Shown: positions 1-34,659, counted from the stretch's first letter. The stretch: DNA of 64,000 nucleotides from Amoebidium appalachense (GCA_963693365.1 CAVNZM010000018.1:1633399-1697398); one strand, 5' to 3'. Made by a program: numbers and translations. Notes: a model not told the origin generated them from the sequence alone.

Positions 1-24
1 GATGGTGGGGGAAGGGGGGGCGGG

Positions 25-60
<36 letters not shown>

Positions 61-559
61 TCAGCAGTTGCATAATTGAAAATAGACAACGGAACACTAA
101 AAACGGGGAGCATTGGGGGGGGGGGGGGAGGGGGAGGGGTAAATGGGGGGGGGGGGGGGGGGGGGTTGGAATGAGTTATAGAGTATGTACTCACATTCAC
201 GACAAACAACACAATCCACTTTTTGCATTGCACACACACAAGAAGAATATTCGTCATTAGTAGAGAGGATCCTTTCCTTCAATAACCGAGTTTCGAATCC
301 CCAGGGGAGGGGGGGGGGGGGGGGGAGGAAGTGAAGAAGCGGAGGGGAGAGGAGGGGGGGGGGGGGGGGGGAGGGGAAGGGGGATGGAGGTCAGCAATGA
401 GATGGAGAAATGAATGCGAAGTGAAGAGGAAGGGTGATCAAACAAGTAAACGGGCACATGGGAGGGAATAGAGGATGGGGTGGTGAGGGAGTGGGCCTGT
501 TGTATTCACCTGAGCATAGGTGGTTGTGTAGGTAACCAAATAGGCAAAGATGTGTGCAC

Positions 560-1030
560 GTGTGTGTGTGACTGTGTGTGTGTGTGTGACTGTGTGTGTG
601 TGTGACTGTGTGTGTGTGTGTGACTGTGTGTGTGTGTGACTGTGTGTGTGTGTGACTGTGTGTGTGTGTGTGACTGTGTGTGTGTGTGACTGTGTGTGTG
701 TGTGACTGTGTGTGTGTGTGTGACTGTGTGTGTGTGACTGTGTGTGTGTGTGTGACTGTGTGTGTGTGTGACTGTGTGTGTGTGTGACTGTGTGTGTGTG
801 TGACTGTGTGTGTGTGTGTGACTGTGTGTGTGTGTGACTGTGTGTGTGTGTGACTGTGTGTGTGTGTGTGACTGTGTGTGTGTGACTGTGTGTGTGTGTG
901 TGACTGTGTGTGTGTGTGACTGTGTGTGTGTGTGACTGTGTGTGTGTGTGACTGTGTGTGTGTGTGTGACTGTGTGTGTGTGTGACTGTGTGTGTGTGTG
1001 TGACTGTTTGTGTGTGTGACTGTGTGTGTG
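560..1030. repeat. Compound microsatellite, (GT)n interrupted by GACT every ~14-18 bp
   Basis: Direct reading: dozens of tgtgtgtg(tg)actg units. Confidence 0.95.
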
Positions 1031-1162
1031 TGTATGCGCGCGGGCTGGTGTGTGCACATTTGTGTCCTTGTATCTACGTGTCTGCCTGTACATGTGAATA
1101 TCTGTTTCGATCAAATTGTGTGCTTGTCTAGGTAGGAGGACCGACCCACATGGGGGATGGAA

Positions 1163-1215
<53 letters not shown>

Positions 1216-1312
1216 GCAGGAAGGGGAGGTTTCCAAGGGCGAATGGGGCAGGGGGGAGGGGGGAGGGGCGGGGGGGGGGGGGGAGGGGGGAAGGGGGGAG
1301 GGGAGCTTTTAC

Positions 1313-7973
<6,661 letters not shown>

Positions 7974-8169
7974 GTCTCCGAAGATGGGATCCACCAATGA
8001 ATAGAGTGGAGAACCGGGGGATGGAGGACTTTAGGCTGTGTACGTAGAAGAAGAAGAAGAGCAGCGAGGGTGATTGTGGGAATGCATGGACTGGGGTGGG
8101 CTATAAATTTGAAGGGGGTGCGCGGTTGTCTGTGTGTGCTCTTTTGTTGTTCCGTGGGGGAGGGGGAAA

Positions 8170-8227
<58 letters not shown>

Positions 8228-8793
8228 TGGATGAACTGATGAAGAGAAAGGGAGAAATAAAGATAATTAATTCTAGCTATTCCTATGCAAGAAGTATTGG
8301 GGAAAGCACGAGCGGAAAGTATTTTATCTTAGTTTTTCAAAGTGCTCGTTTCCTTTATTTTACTTTTGCATTCAACTTGCTGAGCCAAACCAAAGAAAAA
8401 ACAATCACGTAATCGTAGTCTACCCAAGTAACCCCTACCACGCATTGTTTGTTGATGTATTCACGAATGCTCAACCGCTGCTGAGACAGCAATGAGAAGA
8501 TACCTAAAGTGATAAAGAGTGAAGGAGTTTATAAAACATAATTGGGCCATTTCTTTCTTGTTCTTATACTATATTAATGTTTACATTTATTTATAATATA
8601 TTATCTTGACACCCAGCCTTTTGAAAATGCGACCGTCGCGCTCGGCCAGGATCATGGAAATGATGTCATCAATTGAACAAACTGTCCAATCAAATTATGC
8701 GTAGTGGTACGTGATTGATACACTCTCCGCCAATAATATTTCAAATGTTTTCGAACATCCGCCAATCAGGGATTAGACCAGCCAAACACACAT

Positions 8794-9117
8794 CAGGGGG
8801 TGTGGCGACTTGACTTCAAGTTGCGACCTGAAATCATCAAGCCCCTAACTTCAACAAAGTCAAGTCAAGTCACCAGGCCTGACATAGGAGTGACTTGAAG
8901 GGGGGAGGGGGGCTTGGGGCGGGGAAATATAGGAGGATGGGTGGGAAGGGGGGACGCAATGCCCGCCCGTGGCCCAGCTGGCCAGTGGTGGGCCGGAGGA
9001 GCTACTAAAAATAGTATGCCTCCAAGTCGCGATTCCAAGTCAAGTCAAGTCATCCAACCGAGCAAACATTTATAAATTGAAGTCATGTCAAGTCGTTGAG
9101 GCTCTGCCACACCCCTG
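8794..9117. mobile_element. MITE-like element with CAGGGG(G)TGTGGC terminal inverted repeats and subterminal CAAGT/ACTTG repeats (hAT-like)
   Basis: cagggggtgtggc at 8794 and gccacacccctg ending at 9117; many caagtcaagtcaagtc / gacttgactt units inside. No TSD seen. Confidence 0.6.
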
Positions 9118-9278
9118 AAATTATTGTCACACACCCAAATAAGCCAAGCACATCTCTTCATGTTTTGTGCTGTTTCTTGTTGCGTTTTCTTCATCAAAGG
9201 GGCGTGCTTCGGATAGCAATGAGTTATAGCGTCGTTAAGTTATAGCCACTCACTTTACTCCTTTTCTGAACTTGGAAA

Positions 9279-18739
<9,461 letters not shown>

Positions 18740-18801
18740 TGGGTGGGGGTGATGTGTTTTTTTTTTTTTGTTGTTTTTTTGTTTTTTTGTTTTTTTTCCT
18801 T

Positions 18802-18841
<40 letters not shown>

Positions 18842-19188
18842 AGCTTTGTTTTGTTTGTTTGGTTGGTTTCTTGGTTGGTTGGTTGGTTGGTTGTTGGTAA
18901 AGTGTTTGTTTGTGTGGTGTGTGTGTTTTGGGGGAGGAGGAGGGAGGGGGGGGGAAGGGGTTGTGTCCATGTTTGCGGTTTGTGTTTTGAATGTGTTTTG
19001 TATAGTTTAGGTGGTTTTTGATTTGCTGTTTTTTGTTGTGCCTTTTTTTGTGTGTGTGAGTGTTTTTGATTTGCTGTCTTTTGTTGTGCCTTTTTTTTTG
19101 TGTGTGAGTGTATGCGTGCATGCGTGTGCGCGCGCGTGCGTGTGCGCGCGCGTGTCCACCCATATGTATGTCCGGAGGTTTTTTTTTT

Positions 19189-19219
<31 letters not shown>

Positions 19220-19224
19220 GGGGT

Positions 19225-19845
19225 ATACGCGAGTGTCATCGAAAACCATGTAGCGGTTTTTCTTCAATTGTACCGGGTGCTGTTAGACAAGAATTAATCC
19301 ATTAGTTTTGATACGGCTTTACGGTTTGTGATTGAGCTGAGCATATATGTATACCTGTCATAACCGGAATTTGAATCCGATTTTACGTGCGTGGTTGGCC
19401 CTCTGCTTTGCGGGCAGAAACCTAATAAACGGTTTTTGATTTACAGGGAATTTTTTTGCTACATTATCTCCCGGGCCGCCTTTGCGTTTTCTGACCACAA
19501 CAGTGAAAATATATCCCCAACTGGTTCTGTGACTTCTGTCTCTTCTTCTATCTTTTTCATATTTTTAACAAGCCATGCAATGAATTTAAAAACTAATTTT
19601 TGATTTTTTAACTTGGCTGGATCAGCACGGTCGCTGCTCACGGTCGCTACCCCAAAAAAACCTGTAAGCTGATTGGTCAATCCGATGTTTGGGTAGAGCC
19701 CATGAATTACCGAATTTGGCAATCCGTATTTGCCATGTTGGAGGCAATCCAATCATCTTTCGAGATTTTTGGAGTGCGGCAAACATTTTTGCAATTGAAG
19801 CGCCTTCATGCACAGACATCCATTTCACGCTACAAGTTACCTCGT
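19225..19845 (-). pseudogene. Possible decayed coding relic of unknown family
   Basis: High-complexity island between homopolymers with overlapping short protein-like frames (IAKMFAALQKSRKM..., LVFKFIAWLVKNMKKIEEE...) broken by stops and frameshifts; no motif recognised. Confidence 0.25.
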
Positions 19846-20386
19846 CTGTTTAACGTTTACCCCCCTCCCCCCTTTTCTCCTCGGTGATTGTGCATTTTCG
19901 TGTTTGTGGTCGAGGGTGGGCCCCAAAAGGTGGGGTGGGGGTGGGGGGGGGGGGGGACAATGTTGATCTTGTATGGCTGGACCACCATTTCCCATCCGGG
20001 AAACTCCGGGACATCAGTTCCCAAATTTCCAAATCCAAAAACCGGGATGTCCTTTATTTCCAGTAGAAAAAGGCCCACTGGGGTTGTTACCAACCCAAAA
20101 AACGGAGTTTTGGTAAGACGTAAAAACAGCTACAAGATCTATTTTCCCACCAAAACCCAGCTATCTCTTCACCACAAAAATACCCCGAAAACTCTATATT
20201 TTTCGACTCACAAACCCCTCAAAGTACCTTTTTACAGCACCACAATTGTAAACCCGGAAAACTCAATCTCCCACATAAAACCCCCCAGAAAAGTATCCAT
20301 TCCCCCTACCACACCCCCGCACACACATTTTATCTAACCCCCTGACCCGTGCCATTGCACTGCGCAATGTTTCCTCACTCTGCCTC

Positions 20387-20425
<39 letters not shown>

Positions 20426-20440
20426 CCCTCCCCCCTCCCC

Positions 20441-20471
<31 letters not shown>

Positions 20472-20600
20472 ACGCGGCAAAAAGAAAGAAAGCGAAAGGG
20501 GGGGGGGGGGGGGGGGGGGGGGAGCGACAGAGAGCGAGCGATTGAGCGAGAGAGAGAGACTCGGGGGGGGGGGGGGGGGGGAGGGAGGGAGGGAGGGAGG

Positions 20601-20692
<92 letters not shown>

Positions 20693-21141
20693 GCAGAGAG
20701 ATGGAAAAAAAGAAGGGGGAGGGGGAGGGGGTGGAGAAAAACAAAGAAATACTACCCAAAAGAGCTTCCACCCCACTCTCCCCCCCTTCCCACCACCACC
20801 ACAACGGCCACCACCACCACCCTCCCCACTCCGTTCCCCCCACACAGACAGAAAAACCCACACTTCCGATTGCTGCCCCCACACCCCTAGTCAGGCTCCC
20901 TTCACCCCCATCCAGTCCTAATCCCTCCCCCAAACCCAACCCGAACCCCCCTCCCATCCCCCCCCCTCCCCCCTCCCCCTTCCTCAGGCCTCTCTCCTAC
21001 CCGCCTCCCCCCTCCACAAACATGCACACACGCCTATTCCAACTAGACGAACAGGAACCTTTGCTTGTCATTAAAAAAACCGGATTCCTTAAACCGTCTG
21101 TGTGTGTGTGTGTGTCACGCGTATGTGTTTGCCACGGTATG

Positions 21142-21190
<49 letters not shown>

Positions 21191-22424
21191 ACGTGTGTGC
21201 GCGTGCGTGTGCACATGCATGTATGTGTGCGTGTGTGCGGGTGTGCGTGTGTGTGTGTGTGTGTATGTGTGTGTGCGTGTGTGTGCGTGTGTGCATGCGT
21301 GCGTGGTGCATGCACGTGCGCGTGCGTGCGTGCGTGCGTGTGTGCGTGTAGTGAGCATTAAGCCTTCCACCTTGCGAACCTTCCAGCTGCAGGCGTGTCC
21401 ACATGTTTATATACATGTGGCACGGTGCCTTTTTTTTTAATAGAAAAAGAAAAGAAAAGAAAAGAAAACCTGTTTTCAGCGACGCCTTATTTCTATGTTT
21501 TGCCACAGTTCTTTAGGCGGGTAGTCACCCCAGGAAGCCAACCCTACCATCCGCACAGCCTCCCTTGATCACTACAATAACTTAAGTACTCTAAAAGTAT
21601 CGTATCACTTTAGGAATTTAGGAAACGGTAACCAAAAAACGAGCTTCTTCTTTTTCTTCTTCTTCTTCTTCTTCTTCTTTTTTTCCTTTCCCTGTTTTAA
21701 GCCCTATTCCCCCCTTCCCCGGGCCCCACCACATTCGGATTTAGTCAATGGCATTAGTTTATTTTTCATTTCCTCTCTCTTTTTTCCTCACATCTCCAGT
21801 TTTTCAGTGTCTCGGCCCCACTTCAACAAACGAAAAAGCGACCAATAATATATGCATCTGTTAACATATACCAGCATTAGCGGCTTGGCAGTCACAACAA
21901 TGAAATTCCTGTTTATAAGGGGTGTAATCATTGGGATGGGAGGAGAAAAGGAAGGTGGGGGGGCGCAGGGGGGGGAGGGGGGGGGAGGGGGGGAGGGGGG
22001 GGGGGGGGGGGGGGGAAGGGAAGGAGGGCCCGGGGAAAAGTGAAGTTGTGACTTAGTTAAGCTATGGTAGAAGAAGAACAATTGGTAGGAAAAAACATCG
22101 GCCTCACGAAATCACTACAGTTTACTATGTTTTTGTGGCCACAACTAAGGGAGTGGTATATGCATTATAAAGAAAAATAAAAAACTCCCTTTAACAGGAT
22201 GTTTCATGTTTGCTTGTACCTTTTTGGTGCCGCTTTATTGTTCGCAATATCTTTTTTTCCCGACCGAGGCTGAAAGCCGAAGTTGGGTTGTTGAAAGATT
22301 TGTTAGGGGAGCGGGCTGTCTCACGTGAGATGTCAAGGATCAGACGAGGGCAATGGCACGCGTGTAATGGCCAATCAGGGTACGCTTATCTATGTAAATG
22401 GGTTGCACCTTCATGATTGGGTGT

Positions 22425-22521
<97 letters not shown>

Positions 22522-22789
22522 CCACGGGCCTCAGCATGTAAAAAAATTCAGAGTAGATCTTGGTTTTTCGGCGGTTGTTCAGTGCGCACTGGTATGGCAA
22601 CGAACGAACGAACATCTACAACGCAAGTGTTGCAGTAGATGCGGAACATCTACAACCCAGGTTACACAATACGATATATGCGATCATAGTACAAGTATCA
22701 GTCATAGTGATGGTATAGTAGTGCTTTACGAACACAGTACTTAGTCTAGGCTTGCGCGCCGGTTCACTCCCGCACCGTGGGGATTTTTA

Positions 22790-26782
<3,993 letters not shown>

Positions 26783-26864
26783 CTGTGTTATATATATATA
26801 TATAATAAGTCAATTACTAGTATGATTATTTTATTCATTTAATATGATTTTTGTGTGTCCCATC

Positions 26865-26922
<58 letters not shown>

Positions 26923-29361
26923 GTCTGTCTGTGTGTGTAACTGTGTGTGTGTGTGCGTGCGTGTGTGTGTTTCGGCACGGTGTGTGTGTGTGTGTGTGAC
27001 AGTGTGTGTGTGTAGGGGGAGGGGGCGGGGAGGGGGGGGCCCGGGGGGGGGGGGTCTATTCTCCCACAGCATGCATATGCCCCACCTGCTGTGTCACCAA
27101 TGCACTAGCCATTTCAAAGCACCTTCTATTTCACACCATTTGCGTGTGGGATACAGAGAATAATGCACATAGCAACTGCAAACTTACTGTTTGGTCGCGG
27201 TTGTTGTCAGTGGAGAGAGGCTCCTCACTGTATGGCACAAGTAAGGGTATCTGATGTAAGACTATCGGTACACTCTATATTGGAGGGTTTTCATTGGGGA
27301 GTCACTTTCATCCAATCCATCATGTTCATGTTCGATTTGGTCTTGTCAACGCAATTAATGGTACTAAAAAGGAATTATGATTGTGGCATGTTTCCAGCGG
27401 ATCTAGATCTTGAACTAGCTAGATCTAGATCTTGGCGCCGAACGAATATGATTGGATAACTTTAGTAATGAAATAATCCTCCAGATCGTTGGGGAAACTC
27501 CACGCCAGGCGAATTTTTGTTGAAATTGTTCTCTTTTCTTTTGACTCGTTGGAATTTTAACTTTGGTTCCAAATTGATGGGGCCCCAGAGTGCGGACTGG
27601 AGACAAATATCACTTTGGCATTAAATCATCTTTATTTAAAGGCCAATAATCCCTCGCATATTAAAGAACGGCACGTTTTAAGTATGCATCGTCTTCTATA
27701 TTATAATCCTCAGTACTTAAAATGAATAACATGTTATTTTTCCAAATTCTGTAAGCCGGGTTACGGTTTGATCATGCCTAAATGATCGACAGCGATGGTC
27801 GACCGCTAGGCTAATTTATCGGTACAGTGATTAGCAACATACTACTCCTGGTAAATTACCTGGTGCCCACACACACGTTTTCGGATTTCTAAAATCATGT
27901 AAATAAGAGATGTATAGCGTGTTCTAATGGCTAATAAATGCCTTGCTTTTACTCAGGAATCTCAAAGGGATTGGTAAACTGAGGTTGAGATCTGGGGGGA
28001 TTTACCTTAGATCTCCCGGTGACTTAGTTTACGCTGAGAGTCTATGATGCATCATAAATGAAATTTATAAGGCATAACACAGCATTAAAACGACAGTTGT
28101 ATATTGCTTATTCCAACATTCAAAGGGCTGATGGGTTGTAATTATGTTTGTTATGCAAAAGGTACCGGTGGTGCCGGTGCGACAAGAAGACCAGCGCTAT
28201 AGCCACATATCCGATCCCCACCACGGCTCAGCGTTTTTAGAACGATTTCTGTTCGATTGACGTCGGACGTTGTGTGAGCATGATGCATGCTAAACCGTTA
28301 CTACTGCTGACGTAGTAAGTTGGGCCTGTGTAGGACACGTTTGTGTTCATTTGTGTGTGTGCGTGAGCTGTGTGTTTGTGTTCATGCGTATACGTATGGT
28401 TACGTATACGTACGGTACACGTGTACATGTGTGTGTGACGTGTGATGTGTAATACGTGGTGAGTCGGTAGTAGAGCCGTGTTTATTTACCTTGGAGAGAA
28501 TATACACGCACCAGGACGGAGTGGAGCACCAGGTCCGGCCTACAACTCATATATGTATACTTGTATGTACTAGCTTGCATTCAGACAGCGTGTGTTCAGT
28601 GTTTGCATAAAGGCGTGAACAGTGCAACAGAAGATTTGTCTGCAGACCACAGGAGGGGTAAAGGCTTTGCACTCGGCCGAAAGTTACAAGATGTTTGTAT
28701 GGCCGTACTACAGATGTTGTAGTAAAGATTTAACCGAAGTCAAGTCCGCCTGAATTCTGCCGGAACTGAAGTTAATATTTAATATACAATACCCATGGGG
28801 CCGGTCCAGCCGGATCGATGCCCGGCTTCCGATTGGCTAACAGGCCGGTAATCTCAAAATTCGACTACAATTTCTGATTGGCATACAAATATCATTGGTG
28901 GAGCGAAAATCCAAACCGGACGCAGCCACCTATTTCGAGTACAATGCTCCGTGTTTGACTATAGGCTTAATAATAAATGACATTGTACCAATATTCGTAT
29001 TTACAATAGAGGTGTCGGCCCATAGTACGGATTGCTTGTCTGCTGTACACTTGTTGTTTGACGGCTGGGCCTTCACTTCTGCCGGGCGCCGGGAGGAAGC
29101 ACAATTGAGCTGCCGTAAGCTGCCGTAGTGCTGCAATCGAACTTATGCCGAACTTGAGGGCGGATTCCCGTCTTAGGAGGCCGTGCTCCTGGTGGTCACG
29201 GTCGGCTTCAAGTAACATGATGTACTCTGTGCACGTATTCGTTGAAGCTGTGTACGGCTGTGGTAGGTTGTGATTGGCACACCTAAATCATGTTTTCGTT
29301 GATTGGTGGACCTAAATTTCGTGTTTGGTTCTCTCAATACCACTTTCGTGCAGTTATACAA

Positions 29362-29680
<319 letters not shown>

Positions 29681-31027
29681 TCGATCCTCCCCTTTTTCAG
29701 TCCCGATGCCATATGGTCTGTGATATCTAGTTATAGCTCTAGTAAGTCTTGTGGACCTGATGGACTCCCTGCTGGGTTTCTTAAAATCCTTGTTCCCTCC
29801 TACCCGCAAAAGGAAAGTGATCGTGCTATTAAACCTGATCTTACTATCATGTTAAGCTCTCTCTTTTGTTGGTGTGTTAAATGTGGACATGTCCCGTCAT
29901 CTTGGTTAGATACCTTAGTGATCCCCATAGTTAAGAAGGACTCTGAGGGCCCCATATCATCCTTTCGCCCCATTACACTAACCCAGGTTGTTCGTAGATT
30001 CTTTGAAGCTTGCTTACTTAGGTTATTTGCACATCACCCTAGGTTTCAATCTATTCTTCACATACACCCATGCCAATCCGCTTTTCGTAAAAACAATTCA
30101 TGTTATGTTCAAATAATGGCACTGCACGATTCTATGCAAGTTGGTGCACAATATGTTGGCTTTATTGATTGGAAAACTGCTTACGATTCTGTCTCCCCTG
30201 GTCTCCTATGGGAAAAGCTTGCTGCACGGGGTGTACCACACTGCATTGGTGTTCTGTTAGAAGCACTCTTGTCTCAAACCTATGGTAGAGCTGTGGTTAA
30301 TGGGCATCTTTCATATGGTTTTGCTCGTACTAGAGGTCTCTTGCAGGGTTCATTGCTTAGCCCCTTTTTGTTTAACCTATTTATAGATGATTTGGCTGTC
30401 AAGATTTACGCCGAAAACGATGACCCTATTAATAACTTTCCGCCTGCACTTCTCTATGCTGATGATCTGTCCCTCCTTGCCCGTACCCCTAGACGCCTGC
30501 AAAGATTGTTCGATGTAGTGTCAGAGTGGTGCAAGGCAAACCTTATGATCCTTAACATAGACAAATGTGGTGTTCTTGTACCTGATATAGCTAACAATTT
30601 ACACACATTTACATTATCATCTAAACCTGTACCTATAGTTCCAGAATACAAATATCTTGGTGTTCCGGTTGATTCTGTTGGTGTTATGTTTCCCCATATG
30701 GTCGAAAAGAGGGTAGAGCTGGCTCGTAAGCGGTTAGCTTTCTTCTCTGTTGATATTTTTAAAGACACACCCCTCCATCCTTCTATTAGACTTACATTTA
30801 TTCGCACTTTTGTCTTCCCGGCATGTGAATATGGTTTACCCCTTCTCGCCGCTTGGATCAAGAAAGAGAGAACTAGAGCGCTTAAACCCTTGGCAAATTT
30901 CCTTGAAGCAGAAGTTGCCTCCTTTCTATCTAACAACTGTTGTAAACCTGGGCCTGTAACGCTCTCGATATATGGTCTGGTCCCAATAGCTGCTAGAGTA
31001 TCCTATCTCGCGCTGAAATTCAATTAG
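29681..31027 (+). CDS. Non-LTR (LINE-type) reverse transcriptase domain, N-terminally truncated
   Basis: KSCGPDG, VIPIVKK, FRPITL, QSAFR, FIDWKTAYDSV, GLLQGSLLSPFLFNLFIDDL, LLYADDL, LNIDKC, YKYLGV. No endonuclease is visible. Confidence 0.93.
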   Translation, partial: SILPFFSPDAIWSVISSYSSSKSCGPDGLPAGFLKILVPSYPQKESDRAIKPDLTIMLSSLFCWCVKCGHVPSSWLDTLVIPIVKKDSEGPISSFRPITLTQVVRRFFEACLLRLFAHHPRFQSILHIHPCQSAFRKNNSCYVQIMALHDSMQVGAQYVGFIDWKTAYDSVSPGLLWEKLAARGVPHCIGVLLEALLSQTYGRAVVNGHLSYGFARTRGLLQGSLLSPFLFNLFIDDLAVKIYAENDDPINNFPPALLYADDLSLLARTPRRLQRLFDVVSEWCKANLMILNIDKCGVLVPDIANNLHTFTLSSKPVPIVPEYKYLGVPVDSVGVMFPHMVEKRVELARKRLAFFSVDIFKDTPLHPSIRLTFIRTFVFPACEYGLPLLAAWIKKERTRALKPLANFLEAEVASFLSNNCCKPGPVTLSIYGLVPIAARVSYLALKFN

Positions 31028-31759
31028 CACATAAGCCGCTTAAAGAAGTATTTGCCCTCCCACCCTCTCTTCTCTATCCGACCTGTCCCCTCCTCACCTC
31101 TCCCCTCTTTCCTTCCCTCTCTCTATCCTTTTCCCCCGGGCAAAAATACAAATAAACCCCGCAAAAGTGTGCCGTGTGACTTTGGACTGCCACTTACTTA
31201 TTAAACATGTACACAATCACAAGATAATCACGCAATATAACAAATGGAAAAAGATACCACACGACACTAGACCCGATGAAAGCATACACCTTGAAAAACT
31301 AAGCCTTATGTCTCGTTTTATATATACTGACCGCCTCAACCATATTGCCAAATATGGCACTCGCAAATGTATAACACCTAAATACATATTACCTTCCTGT
31401 AGAACTGGTCTTTCTCTAGCTGATGGTATTATTGATCAATTACCACGCTTTTACTGTACACGTGCTATACAGTGGAGATCTAATAAGTATAAGGTGGCAT
31501 CATTTGCATGCCCAAACAACACACACACACACCAGTTTAACCGGTCATGTATCGCCAAATGTAGTTTGATAGACCACATAATACCGCAACACACACACGT
31601 CACATTCACAACAGACACCCAGAAAGATAGCCTACCTGTAAATTACAACATCCTTGATTTTATACTAAACACGCGTAACTACGACCTGTTTATTAGATGT
31701 ATTGATTGGCTTGAGAAACACATCACTACAAAATCATAGCGCACGCGCACACACACACA

Positions 31760-31794
<35 letters not shown>

Positions 31795-32048
31795 CCAGCC
31801 GATACCGAGTGTCCCGAGGGGAGCCCCTTAAAAAAAAAAAAAAAAAAAAAAAAACGGGGAACCCCAACTAATTGATTTCTCCTTGTAGTCTTTATGGTGT
31901 CTCGTAGAGAAAGTAAACCCTGATATATAGTCACCACCCGACATCTATGTACGTGATCATGATATACCGCTGAGGGGATATTCCGAGCAACCCCCCCCCC
32001 CATACCTGAGACTGGTTCTCTTTGCCTCGAGTAAACAACGTAAACCCC
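29682..32048 (+). mobile_element. 5'-truncated non-LTR retrotransposon, copy 1 (RT + C-terminal ORF + (CA)n + internal poly(A) + ~195-nt tail)
   Basis: RT motifs present; colinear and highly similar to 60914-62897 (minus) through to ...gtaaacccc. Confidence 0.9.
31167..31739 (+). CDS. Cys/His-rich C-terminal portion of the retroelement protein (separate frame)
   Basis: 190-aa open frame (..RAIQWRSNKY..ACPNNTHTHQFNRSCIAKC..) conserved in copy 2 (61820-61247, broken there). Confidence 0.6.
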   Translation: MCRVTLDCHLLIKHVHNHKIITQYNKWKKIPHDTRPDESIHLEKLSLMSRFIYTDRLNHIAKYGTRKCITPKYILPSCRTGLSLADGIIDQLPRFYCTRAIQWRSNKYKVASFACPNNTHTHQFNRSCIAKCSLIDHIIPQHTHVTFTTDTQKDSLPVNYNILDFILNTRNYDLFIRCIDWLEKHITTKS

Positions 32049-32359
32049 ATGTATATATGTTGCGTATGTGTGTGTGTGTGTGTGTGTGTGTGCCTGTGTG
32101 TGTATGCGCGTTTGTGCTCATTTGTGTGTGTTTGTGTGTGTGTGTGTGCGTGTGTGTGCGCATGTGTTGGTGGGGGAGTGTGTGGGGTAAGGGGGGGGGG
32201 GGGGGGAGGGGGTGAGGCACACGCAAACACACACATACATGACGTAGCACACAGGCACAGTCACGGCGGCCGGTCACAAACTGCACACAGACACGGCACA
32301 CACGCACGCACACACAAACGCACACACACGCACACACACGCACGCACACACACAAATTT

Positions 32360-32445
<86 letters not shown>

Positions 32446-32712
32446 AACACACACACAGTGACGTGTGGTTCTTTTCTTTTTCTTTTCTTTTTTTTTTTTT
32501 CCTTTTTTTTTTTTTTTTTGGGGGGGGGGGGGGGGGGGGCCTGATGAGGGAAGGCCCGTGGGAAGGGGGTTAAGTAAGGGAGGGAGGGGGAGGAGGGGAG
32601 GGGAGGGGGGGGGGGGGGGGAGGGGGGAGGGGGAGTGTATGGGGCAAGCGTTGGGGCGGGGTGAAGGGGGGAGGGGGGTAAATGCAATGATGAACGTAAC
32701 GGTTTCTTGAAT

Positions 32713-32758
<46 letters not shown>

Positions 32759-33106
32759 ACCACCACCACCACCACCACCACCACCACCCCCACCCACACA
32801 CGCACACCTCAACCGCTCGAAACTTCCAAATCCGGTGGGAATTAGCTTTCGCTCAGGAAACGGTTGGTTTTTCGAGTATGGAAAATCTTTCAAAATCCCT
32901 AACTGAGTCCTGATTGCTACAAAAAATGCAAGCTTAGGGGTGAACTAATATTAGTGGACGGCCCCGGCCAAAAGGCCCCGTTTTCTTTTGTTTGTATACA
33001 TGTGTGTGTGTATATGTGTGTTTTCCTTCCTTCCTTTCTCTTTTCTTTTCTTTTTTCTATTTTTTTGGTACATCATTTGTGTCTACGCATCAGAGTGTTT
33101 GTACCG

Positions 33107-33140
<34 letters not shown>

Positions 33141-34659
33141 GGGGGGGGTAATAACACGGATCGTGAATAGAGATACACTATGGCATGTGCATGGTTGTAA
33201 CCGTTCCAATCTCATCTTCATTTTTAATGCTTCCACACAGTGATGTAAATGTTTGTAAGTATCTGAGTTTTTCGCTTCCATGGCACTTAATCTATCTCTC
33301 TTATCGCTTTGCATCTCCCCCCCCTCCCCCCTCCCCCCCCCCCCTCCCCCCCCCCCCCCCCCCCCCCCCCCTCCTCTCTCTCCTCCCCTCCCTTACACAC
33401 ACAAGCACACACCATCTCTTGCCGATACCAATTAGTCACCACCACCCCTCTGTCTCGACTCCAAGACCCCCAACCACCACCACCACCACCACACGTCACT
33501 GCCACACCACACTGCCTTTCCCCCACCACCCCGTTCCCGGCCCCCCGCTCCCCTCCCACCCCCCTCCCCGGGGGGGCATTTTGTTTATTTGTAGGGAACA
33601 AGAGGGGGCACGATACAGTGGGTGGGCGGGCGGGGCGGGCGGGCGGGCGGGCGAGGGGAGGGGGGGGGGGGGGGGGGGGGGGGGCATGTGTGTATAATCA
33701 TTGATTTTGATCGTAAGAGCCATTCAAAAGTATCACGTCGCGCTGTATTAACCTAAATTGGTTATATTGAATTGGCAGTAATATTGCATACCTAGTAGGC
33801 AGGAGGCTGGCGTACTCATTCCCTGCATTTCACGTGTGTGCGTGTATGTGGAGTGGAAGGCGGGTAGCCCGGTACCGATCATAAACGCGGCTCGGCCCGG
33901 CCGGTGGCTTGAGGCCAGCTGCCGCAGATAAGACCGAACGTTCTGATTGTTTTTTGCCATATATGGTGCAGTCTTCTTTTGGGTAGCGGCATACACGGTG
34001 CACCATCGACAAATGCCGGCATACTGCGGACCTTAAAGTTGAACCAACCCCCGCTTCTCCCATTTTAGCGTCTGAGCAGCGGGCAGCCGAGAGCCACAAT
34101 TCTCAGATGTCTCGCACCAATCAGGAGACGTGATCATGTTAAGTCACATTACCAATGTCGTTATATAATATTGTTTCGCGCATTTTTCGAGCTAAAAGCC
34201 TAAACGGCTGCGTGACAATTGTCAACAAATGACGTCGCCAATGTGGCTTGCTGCTCAGTCTGCTAAAATGAGAGTAGCAGTGGTTGCTTTAAAGTCTTAA
34301 AGACCACCAGAGTCACACGTTTGCCAAGTTATGGCAGTTGGAACATTACTATATTTAGTAGTTCACTTCTTCAGGGCTTATTATAGTTCCACATGCATAA
34401 ATTGCATATTCTGATTCAATGATTGGGCACATTATTACATTATTGGTGTGGCAAGAAGAAATACGAGAGGACCGGATGATCCCCGAGAGGTTTGTACCAA
34501 ATGACCAATTAAATAGACAGAAACCAATGCTCTCTTACCACCCCAAAAAAATAGCCCATCCATAAATTACTAAAGAAAATGTGCGGATATGCTAGGTAGT
34601 TCTGGAAAATCTTGGGGGGAGAGGGAGAGGGAAAGAGAGGAAGGGGGGGGGGGGGGGGG

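Noticed and set aside
19230-19300. RKTATW-like string suggesting a tyrosine recombinase
   Set aside because: Interrupted by stops and no other catalytic motif (R, H/W, Y) identifiable.
30454-30936. Antisense ORFs over the RT (also 61964-62533)
   Set aside because: Shadow frames of the RT coding strand; no independent motif.
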